A DNA stretch of 31,390 bases from a virus (lineage: Duplodnaviria > Caudoviricetes). Position numbers and translations under genes: made by a program. The DNA lies in IMG/VR virus record IMGVR_UViG_3300043418_000139, positions 1 through 31,390 of that record; one strand, given 5' to 3'. How positions within the stretch are numbered: the first letter of the stretch is position 1; each line of letters begins with the position of its first letter. Below are positions 25,201 to 31,390 of this stretch, one piece after another. The notes beneath the pieces were generated by a model. The model was not told the origin of the DNA. It was given only the letters and a program-made list of their open reading frames with translations, and ran no database searches.

Positions 25201-25487
25201 CCAAAAAGAAGACCTCCAAGGAGCAGGACACACGCTTCGCCACGCCAGAGCAGTTCAACAAGGTGCTGCTGCGCTGGATGCCCACCTGGGCGTCGTCCAC
25301 GCCAGAAGGAAAGCTCGTCGCCGGCGTCATCACCCAGGCATGGGCTGATGGTTTCAGCTGGTTCTTCAAGCCCGACTGCGCAGCGCTGCAGTTCTGGTGC
25401 GAGAAGGCCGGACTGGGCGCCGAGCACCTGGCGGAAATGTTCGAGAAGCACAACCAACCATACGCAAAACAAAGGGGATTGATTTGA
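25197..25487 (+). CDS. Hypothetical protein (96 aa)
   Basis: ATGA coupling; PEGKLVAGVITQAWAD...WCEKAGL. Confidence 0.7.
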   Translation: MTKKKTSKEQDTRFATPEQFNKVLLRWMPTWASSTPEGKLVAGVITQAWADGFSWFFKPDCAALQFWCEKAGLGAEHLAEMFEKHNQPYAKQRGLI

Positions 25488-25663
25488 ACAACAAGCCTGG
25501 CCGCAAAGCGATTGACGGCGTCCACGGCGCCACCGAGCGCGTGAACATCGTCCTCACCAAAGAGCACCGCGACCGCCTCAAGCAGCTCGCACCAAACGGG
25601 TTCAGTCCGTGGGTGCGTGCCGCGATTGACAAAGCATGGAACGAGAAAGAGAGCAACAAGTGA
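25484..25663 (+). CDS. Ribbon-helix-helix-like DNA-binding protein (59 aa)
   Basis: TTG start overlapping the previous stop; RVNIVLTKEHRDRLKQL...FSPWVRAAID. Confidence 0.6.
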   Translation: MNNKPGRKAIDGVHGATERVNIVLTKEHRDRLKQLAPNGFSPWVRAAIDKAWNEKESNK

Positions 25664-25917
25664 GCAAGCAAAACACAACCGAGATCTTCCCGCCCGACAT
25701 CCTGCCCGTGCGCAGTGGCGTCTACAGAACACAGTCCTGCGACTCCGAAACCGGTGAGCCTTTGGGTGAACCGTGGGGCTTCAGCTACTTCGACAGCGCC
25801 GATCGTTTGTGGGGCTGCGTTCACGACCGCGTTGACGATGCCTGGCGCATGCCTGAGTACGAGTTCGCACACCAGACCAAACAGTGGTACGGCTTGAATG
25901 AGGAGCCCAAGACATGA
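25660..25917 (+). CDS. Hypothetical protein (85 aa)
   Basis: GTGA coupling; FPPDILPVRSGVY...QWYGL..EP. Confidence 0.7.
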   Translation: MSKQNTTEIFPPDILPVRSGVYRTQSCDSETGEPLGEPWGFSYFDSADRLWGCVHDRVDDAWRMPEYEFAHQTKQWYGLNEEPKT

Positions 25918-26291
25918 AGAAGATCAACCACTACCGCGTCGAAGTCACCGACCCGCGCAACAGCGGGATCATTGGCCCTGAAAAAAAGTTCGAGGCCATG
26001 GAGCTCAACGTCATTGGCGAGAACGAGCACTGCCTGGCAGTCGATAACGCATGGTTCACGACGATCAAAAAAAAGAAGTGCGACTGGGACACATGCCTCG
26101 ACCAGCCATCGATCAGCCTGCACGCCAACGACAGCTGCTGGGGGACTCGCGTGACCTATTCGCTGTACACCGAGAAGACCAAGCGCGCCAGCACGATCAA
26201 GAAGGAAATCGAGGCAGCAATCGAAAAGAAGTACGGCTTCTTTGCGAAGGGCTTTGATCTGGCATTTATCACTGACAAGGCGCAAGCATGA
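25914..26291 (+). CDS. Hypothetical protein (125 aa)
   Basis: GAGGAG RBS; ATGA coupling. Confidence 0.75.
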   Translation: MKKINHYRVEVTDPRNSGIIGPEKKFEAMELNVIGENEHCLAVDNAWFTTIKKKKCDWDTCLDQPSISLHANDSCWGTRVTYSLYTEKTKRASTIKKEIEAAIEKKYGFFAKGFDLAFITDKAQA

Positions 26292-26467
26292 CCGACAACG
26301 TGATTCCACTCAACCCGCCACCAGAGAAGCCAAAGAAGGAGGCCAAGTGCTCCTTCTGCGGCAAGGCTGAGAGCCAGGTCAAGCACATGATCGGCAACGG
26401 CATGGACAAGCACATCTGCAACGAGTGCGTGGTCAAGGCCAAGCAGCGCCTGCAGGAGGCCGCATGA
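26288..26467 (+). CDS. Stand-alone ClpX C4-type zinc-finger protein (59 aa)
   Basis: Not in the ORF track. MTDNVIPLNPPPEKPKKEAKCSFCGKAESQVKHMIGNGMDKHICNECVVKAKQRLQEAA; ATGA overlaps at both ends. Confidence 0.85.
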   Translation: MTDNVIPLNPPPEKPKKEAKCSFCGKAESQVKHMIGNGMDKHICNECVVKAKQRLQEAA

Positions 26468-26571
26468 AGCTCGCCCTCATCTGGCAGTCGCCGAAAATCT
26501 TCTGGCATGCCGGCCTTTACCTGAAGGTCGGCAACAAAAGGTACAGGCTGATCCGGGTCGGTCCGAGATGA
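26464..26571 (+). CDS. Hypothetical basic microprotein (35 aa)
   Basis: AGGAGG RBS; ATGA overlaps at both ends; MKLALIWQSPKIFWHAGLYLKVGNKRYRLIRVGPR. Confidence 0.65.
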   Translation: MKLALIWQSPKIFWHAGLYLKVGNKRYRLIRVGPR

Positions 26572-26801
26572 CGCAGCAAATGCCACCAGCTCGCCCAGAC
26601 AGCCCATGCATCGCGGTTTGCGATGTGCTTTACAAGGACGTCTGCTCAGGTTGCGGCCGCCACTACCTCGAGGTGGCACGCTGGACTGAAATGACCACCG
26701 AAGAAAAGAACGCCGTCTGGGTGAGAATCGAAACCGAAGCCACATCGTGGCGCTTCAACAAGTACAAAGACAGGGCTCATGACCATCAAGCAAACATCTG
26801 A
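26568..26801 (+). CDS. DUF1289-family Cys-cluster protein (77 aa)
   Basis: SPCIAVC...VCSGCGR...EVARW..MT.EEK. Confidence 0.8.
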   Translation: MTQQMPPARPDSPCIAVCDVLYKDVCSGCGRHYLEVARWTEMTTEEKNAVWVRIETEATSWRFNKYKDRAHDHQANI

Positions 26802-26979
26802 CGGCGCCGCCGTCGTTGACACCACCATTCACTGGATCCCGATCAACGACAAGGCGCCGCCCAGCGGCAAGCTGCAGCTCATCAACCGAAAGCTCGGAGT
26901 CGCCGTCTACGGCAACTACATGAAGGGCCAAGGCTGGACCCACTACGCCCCACTCCCCACATTCAAAGACAAGCAATGA
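26779..26979 (+). CDS. Hypothetical protein (66 aa)
   Basis: WIPI...PP.GK.QL...WTHYAPLP motif (DUF551-like). Confidence 0.7.
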   Translation: MTIKQTSDGAAVVDTTIHWIPINDKAPPSGKLQLINRKLGVAVYGNYMKGQGWTHYAPLPTFKDKQ

Positions 26980-27770
26980 ACACGCAATACGAAAACTTCA
27001 TGCGCCATGTGCGCGACAACGGCAAGGCCAAATCCGACCGCACCGGCACCGGCACGCTCAGCTTGTTTGGCCATCAAATGCGCTTCGATTTGGCTGAAGG
27101 CTTTCCCCTGGTGACCACCAAAAAGGTCCACTTCAAGTCGGTCGTCGCCGAGCTGCTGTGGTTCCTGTCAGGCAGCACCAACGTCAACGATCTGCAGGCC
27201 ATGGGCTGCACCATCTGGGATGAATGGGCGGATGAAGCGGGTGAGATTGGCCCTGCGTACGGGGCACAATGGCGCCGGTGGCCAACAATTGACGGACCGA
27301 TCGACCAAATCGCTCAGTTGATCGAAGGCATCAAGCGCGACCCTCATGGCCGCCGTCACATCGTGAGCGCCTGGAACCCTGCAGACATCCCCGACATGGC
27401 CCTGGCCCCATGCCATGCCCTCTTCCAGTTCGCCGTGACCGACGGCAAGCTGTCCTGCCAGCTCTACCAGCGCAGCGCGGACATCTTCCTGGGCGTGCCG
27501 TTCAACATCGCCAGCTACGCCCTGCTGACGCACATGGTGGCTCAGCAATGCAATCTCGAGGTGGGCGACTTCATCTGGACCGGCGGCGACTGCCACCTGT
27601 ACAGCAATCACCTCGAGCAGGTCGACTTGCAGCTGAGCCGCGTGCCCTACGCACCCCCAGATCTGGCCATTAAGCGCAAGCCGGACTCGATCTTCGACTA
27701 CAAGCCCGAAGACTTCGAGCTTATCGGCTACGTGCATCACGCCGGCATCAAGGCCCCGGTTGCTGTTTGA
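26976..27770 (+). CDS. thyA: Thymidylate synthase (264 aa)
   Basis: [63 protein letters not shown]. Confidence 0.98.
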   Translation: MNTQYENFMRHVRDNGKAKSDRTGTGTLSLFGHQMRFDLAEGFPLVTTKKVHFKSVVAELLWFLSGSTNVNDLQAMGCTIWDEWADEAGEIGPAYGAQWRRWPTIDGPIDQIAQLIEGIKRDPHGRRHIVSAWNPADIPDMALAPCHALFQFAVTDGKLSCQLYQRSADIFLGVPFNIASYALLTHMVAQQCNLEVGDFIWTGGDCHLYSNHLEQVDLQLSRVPYAPPDLAIKRKPDSIFDYKPEDFELIGYVHHAGIKAPVAV

Positions 27771-28236
27771 TTCGATCGAGAGCCCAGACCGCAGCATCGC
27801 GGTCTCGGGCCTTTGTTGACCTGTCCTGAACCAGCTGCTCGAGCTCGTGCTGCATGCGCTTCATGGCCAGGTCAAACATGGCGCGCTTGACGCTGCCGTC
27901 GGCTTTGCCTGAATCGAGCCAGGCGTGGCACGCGTAGCAGCCCCAAACGCCCCAGAAGTCAGACGCCTTCCTGCCGGCGCCCTTGTCATGCCAGTTGCTG
28001 TGCGCCAGGACGACCGTGGAGCGATCAAACGAGCACACCCCTGGGATGAGTAGCTGGCAGTCCTTGTCGCGCGCCATGGCCCTGTAATGCGCATTCTCCT
28101 CGCGAGACGTCTTCTCGATGGCGACCAGCTCGGCCGGCCCCATGCTCACTGCGCGCCGATGCTTCGGGTCAATGGGCTTGTGAACGACCGGCTTGCGCTC
28201 AATCGCTGCCCGCTTGAAGCCGGTTCGGCGCAGCAT
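27748..28236 (-). CDS. DUF1364/YbcO-like putative nuclease (162 aa)
   Basis: CQLLIPGVC...TVVLAHSN...KASD...GCYACH; start ATG 28236 coupled to the upstream stop. Confidence 0.8.
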   Translation of the reverse strand: MLRRTGFKRAAIERKPVVHKPIDPKHRRAVSMGPAELVAIEKTSREENAHYRAMARDKDCQLLIPGVCSFDRSTVVLAHSNWHDKGAGRKASDFWGVWGCYACHAWLDSGKADGSVKRAMFDLAMKRMQHELEQLVQDRSTKARDRDAAVWALDRIKQQPGP

Positions 28237-28694
28237 CAGTGCGCCTGCCCGGCATCGCCAAGGCAAACCACATCGATGCCGCCGCCTGTGTAACAGTCGA
28301 GCGCGGATGCAACATCCACAGCCTTAGCTGGATCGCAACCCAGAAGCATCGCGGCCAGCGCAAAGTCTCGGCCGGATCCGATTGCATGCATCTCCTGCTC
28401 CATCACGATGGGAATCGGATAGCGCTCATACATCGAGACAACGCCATCAGGCTCAACCACCAGCACGCTGCACTCGGTGCTGTCGTACTGCAGCTCCGGC
28501 CAATCATCATCTGAGCGCCCGTTTTCAAACCAACGCAGAATCGCAACAGCAACATCCGATGCGCCAGCGATCCCAATCAAGGATCCATGCATCTTGAAGA
28601 CCTTGGTGACCCGGCCATGCTTGTTGTCCCCAACGCAAGCCAGCTTGTCGCCGGCCATGACGCCGATTCGTTTATCGAAGCAAATAGTCGTCAT
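28236..28694 (-). CDS. HslV/proteasome-beta-like Ntn threonine peptidase (152 aa)
   Basis: N-terminal MTTI, AGD, KVF..GIAG, AIGSG..FA.AAM, D.YTGG. Confidence 0.75.
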   Translation of the reverse strand: MTTICFDKRIGVMAGDKLACVGDNKHGRVTKVFKMHGSLIGIAGASDVAVAILRWFENGRSDDDWPELQYDSTECSVLVVEPDGVVSMYERYPIPIVMEQEMHAIGSGRDFALAAMLLGCDPAKAVDVASALDCYTGGGIDVVCLGDAGQAH

Positions 28695-28702
28695 GCAATT
28701 CC

Positions 28703-29212
28703 TTACCGCACGAGACGCGCCACGGCACGCTCGGTTACTTCATCGATGGACTCAAGAGCTGCGATGACCTGGCCGATCTGATCGCGGTGCTTCTTCTGGA
28801 CTTGCCGGCGACCAGTGCCGCGGCAGTGTGTGCATGCCTTTGTCGACAGCACGGGCGAGCCTTCCTGCAGCTCAAACTTGCGGCCGGAGCAATGAGGGCA
28901 GACTGGGTTGACGTGGTGCGACAGTGATTGCAGAGCCACCACCTGAATGGAGTGACCCATCAAACGCCAATTGCGTTTTGCATTCAGTCGCTTGACCAAT
29001 CCAAGCACAGCATTGAACGCGGCTCGCAGATCGTCCGGCGTGCCAGCGAGATGCACACGCATGACTGGGCCAGCGACCGCACTGTGACGCGACGATGCAA
29101 TACCGAGCGCCGCGACGAAATCAAGATCGCCACGATGGATCGGGTCAAAGGTAAGGTCAGACGAGTTGAGCGCCGTGCTCAGTCGCTCAAGTACCGATGG
29201 GCGCTCAGACAT
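28703..29212 (-). CDS. Putative Q-like antiterminator / late regulator with Zn finger (169 aa)
   Basis: CPHCSGR...CTHCRGTG; position downstream of the RusA-like gene in a nin-type region. Confidence 0.55.
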   Translation of the reverse strand: MSERPSVLERLSTALNSSDLTFDPIHRGDLDFVAALGIASSRHSAVAGPVMRVHLAGTPDDLRAAFNAVLGLVKRLNAKRNWRLMGHSIQVVALQSLSHHVNPVCPHCSGRKFELQEGSPVLSTKACTHCRGTGRRQVQKKHRDQIGQVIAALESIDEVTERAVARLVR

Positions 29213-29549
29213 GGACCACCACCTTCCCGCCTTTGCATGGCTCGACCACGCGCATGCTGATGGCAAACCGGCGGTCGTTCACGCCAAGCGCTTCGGCCAC
29301 GCCATCCAGGCTGTGCTTGAGGCTGGCCAGCATGTTGTCCAGATCGCGGCCGCGCTTGTCTGGTGGGCAAAACTCGATGCTCAAATTGACCGAGCCTGTC
29401 TGCTCTACCGACTCTCGGCCGGCAGCTTTCGTCAAAGCGTAGGCGTCAGCCTTCGCCTTCTTTGCGAGCTTGGACTTTGCAGCCCAGTGCAGTCGTGCGT
29501 TGGGGCTCAAACCTTTGTTTGGCCAGGGGAGCTCGATCCGAACAGCCAT
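29205..29549 (-). CDS. rusA: RusA-like Holliday junction resolvase (114 aa)
   Basis: LPWP..LSPNAR.HW...PPDKRGRDLDN...K..LDGVAEALGVNDRRF. Confidence 0.85.
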   Translation of the reverse strand: MAVRIELPWPNKGLSPNARLHWAAKSKLAKKAKADAYALTKAAGRESVEQTGSVNLSIEFCPPDKRGRDLDNMLASLKHSLDGVAEALGVNDRRFAISMRVVEPCKGGKVVVHV

Positions 29550-29831
29550 TTACTGCTTGCTGTTTGCGGCTTCCACCAGGGAATCGCTGGGTTGCAAGAG
29601 AACGGCCTTGCGGGGCGGCACGACGACAGTCTCGCCGGTGCGGATGTTACGGGCGCGCTTCTCGCCACGCTGCACAACGCTCAGCTTGCCGAGGCCAAAC
29701 AGGAACACGGGCTCGCCGTTGGACACGGCGCGACGAGTCACGGCTGCGGCCGCGTCGAGGACGCGGCGCACGGTGGTCTTGCTCTCGCCGGAGGCATGGG
29801 CCGCTCGGGTAATGAATTCTTGCTTCAGCAC
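29550..29831 (-). CDS. HU-family DNA-binding protein (93 aa)
   Basis: GE.V.L.GLGKL...R.ARNIRTGETV.VP. Confidence 0.9.
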   Translation of the reverse strand: MLKQEFITRAAHASGESKTTVRRVLDAAAAVTRRAVSNGEPVFLFGLGKLSVVQRGEKRARNIRTGETVVVPPRKAVLLQPSDSLVEAANSKQ

Positions 29832-29920
29832 TGTTGTGTTACTCCAACAAAATGTTTATGTCGGAGCGTTTGTAGCACAAACACAACGGCTGCGAAAGGC
29901 TTTTGTTGCTGCGCAATAAC

Positions 29921-30394
29921 TCAGGCGTACCGCAGGACGTTTTCGACGTGGTTGCGCAGCTGCTCTTCGGTCATGCTCGAGCCGCTCAAGATCTTTCGCA
30001 GGATCACATCGATCGTGTCAGAAAACAGCTGCTCGAATTCGTCCTCGCTCATGTTGGCAAAGCTGATGGACTTCGCCTCAACGCGGACCTCGCCCCGGGC
30101 GTTGTACACCGCATCGAACCGGCCGCCGAGAATGATCAGGTCCTTGCGGAACCGATCAAAGCTGGGCTTCACCGGCTGACCCTTGTACTCCTGGGGCTCG
30201 ACGGTCTCGGACCAGATGTCGAATGCGTACCGCGCCAGCGTGAACCATTTCCTCAAGAATTTCACATTCCTGATTTGCTTTACCTCCACACGGACAGCGC
30301 TTCCAGCCTTGATCTTTTTCAGTGCATCAGCGTCGTCGTCAGTGGCCGGCGCCAACATCCCGCCAGGCTGGCGAATCATCATAAGCTCTGCCAT
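29921..30394 (-). CDS. DUF1367-family protein (157 aa)
   Basis: RNVKF.RKWF...FDRFRKDL.ILGG...EAKSISFANMSEDEFEQLF. Confidence 0.8.
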   Translation of the reverse strand: MAELMMIRQPGGMLAPATDDDADALKKIKAGSAVRVEVKQIRNVKFLRKWFTLARYAFDIWSETVEPQEYKGQPVKPSFDRFRKDLIILGGRFDAVYNARGEVRVEAKSISFANMSEDEFEQLFSDTIDVILRKILSGSSMTEEQLRNHVENVLRYA

Positions 30395-30528
30395 CACGTA
30401 CCCTCCCAGTCACCCAGCACCAGCAGGGCCCAATCAATCTTTTCTCGCGGCACCCACAGACCCGCCCGGACCATGTCCAGCAGCTGGTGCGCCTCGCGTT
30501 GCATGCTGTTGCAGTTTTCACGCAGCAT
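30394..30528 (-). CDS. Hypothetical microprotein (44 aa)
   Basis: Not in the ORF track; GGGAG RBS; MLRENCNSMQREAHQLLDMVRAG...IDWALLVLGDWEGT; TGATG coupling downstream. Confidence 0.65.
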   Translation of the reverse strand: MLRENCNSMQREAHQLLDMVRAGLWVPREKIDWALLVLGDWEGT

Positions 30529-31060
30529 CACGCATCTCCCCGGCAGCAGGAACGCGATACTTCGACGCAATCTCCCCGAATTCGTGCAGATTCGCCTTTG
30601 CTTTTAGGTACGCCTCATGGGCAAGATCGGGATCATCAAAGTACCCAAGAAACTTCCTCGAGCCACGGTTGATGATCTGCCCAAAGTATTTACCCATGCG
30701 CCTATCAAAGCTGACGCCAAGCAATCCAGACGACTTGTTGTCGGACTGAGCGCGACGCCTGTTCTGGCTGTTTTGCCGGGCCGTCGCCAAGCGAAGATTC
30801 GCAATCCTGTTGTCATCCTTGACGCCGTTGATGTGGTCGATCTGCAGCGCAGGCCATTCGCCATGGACATACAGCCATGCAAGCCGGTGCAAGAGATGCA
30901 GGCGCCCATTGATCTTTGCCTGCAGGTGCCCTTTTGTGTCGTAAGTTCCGGCGGGTTTGCCAACCCTGGTGCTCCAGCCACTCTTTAGGCGGATGAAGAT
31001 GCCGGTTTCTGGGTCATATGAAAGGTGCTGCTTGAGCTCCTCTTGTGTTAGCTCATGCAT
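30518..31060 (-). CDS. HNH homing endonuclease with AP2-like domain (180 aa)
   Basis: LTQEELK..LSYDPETGIF...HRLAWLY...IDHINGVKDDNRIANLR...SSGLLGVS...FLGYFD...AHEAY; start moved to ATG 31060. Confidence 0.92.
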   Translation of the reverse strand: MHELTQEELKQHLSYDPETGIFIRLKSGWSTRVGKPAGTYDTKGHLQAKINGRLHLLHRLAWLYVHGEWPALQIDHINGVKDDNRIANLRLATARQNSQNRRRAQSDNKSSGLLGVSFDRRMGKYFGQIINRGSRKFLGYFDDPDLAHEAYLKAKANLHEFGEIASKYRVPAAGEMRDAA

Positions 31061-31072
31061 CACGCATCTCCC
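30525..31072. repeat. 16-bp direct repeat flanking the HNH gene
   Basis: GCATCACGCATCTCCC at 30525-30540 and 31057-31072. Confidence 0.9.
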
Positions 31073-31390
31073 TTCTTGCTTGCGCACGGAAACTAGGCCA
31101 GTCGAAGGACACCCAGCGCGCCACCTCTGTGAGCCGGTCAAACACACGGTCTCCGATGGCAGTCCTGAATTCTTCCTTGCCAAGGTTGGTCATCAGGATC
31201 GACGGCCGCAGCTCGCGATACCGGCGGTCCAGGACGTCGAACAGAATTGCGCGTTCACCGTCTGTGCCGTACTGCACGCCGATCTCATCGATCACCAGCA
31301 GCGGGATTGCCTGCAGCCTGGCCAGCATCTGTGTCTCTGTGACTTCACTGTCGCGGCGCCATGTGTCACGCAGCGTGCGGATCAGATCCA
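31053..31390 (-). CDS. DnaC/IstB-like AAA+ helicase loader, 5'-truncated
   Basis: LLVIDEIGVQ, LFDVLDRRY...P.ILMTNL, GDRVFDRL, FDWPSFR. Confidence 0.9.
   Translation of the reverse strand, partial: DLIRTLRDTWRRDSEVTETQMLARLQAIPLLVIDEIGVQYGTDGERAILFDVLDRRYRELRPSILMTNLGKEEFRTAIGDRVFDRLTEVARWVSFDWPSFRAQARREMRDA

Noticed and set aside
31061-31183. Upstream extension of the second HNH ORF
   Set aside because: It overlaps the DnaC-like gene; the RBS and family start are at ATG 31060.

Overview
A 31.4 kb internal fragment of a tailed dsDNA phage or prophage with podovirus-like head genes and an N4-gp56-family capsid. A betaproteobacterial (Burkholderiales-like) host is my inference from gene content. 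There are three blocks. (1) 1-19550, minus strand: late operon with promoter, tRNA-CAT, lysis cassette (holin, SAR endolysin, Rz/Rz1), terminase, portal, scaffold, major capsid, adaptors, an Ala/Ser/Thr-rich tail fibre and a multi-LamG adhesin. An antisense HNH-AP2 gene sits inside a hairpin-rich non-coding region upstream of the capsid gene. (2) 19600-27770, plus strand: an island of about 28 small genes driven by three near-identical sigma70-like promoters that share a palindromic AACA-N3-TGTT motif. It includes a probable T3-type SAM lyase, a stand-alone ClpX zinc-finger microprotein, HicA-like, HAD-like, RHH and DUF1289 genes, and thyA. (3) 27748-31390, minus strand: replication/nin-like module with DnaC-like loader, HNH-AP2, DUF1367, HU, RusA-like, Q-like, HslV/proteasome-beta-like peptidase and DUF1364. 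The most notable items are small genes that copy interaction modules of host enzymes (ClpX zinc-binding domain; an NrdA-like CEACQ tail), the SAM lyase, an initiator-like tRNA that lacks the three G-C pairs, and the structured RNA candidate. Several of these genes are under 60 aa and missing from the ORF track. All family calls come from motif recognition by eye; no searches were run.
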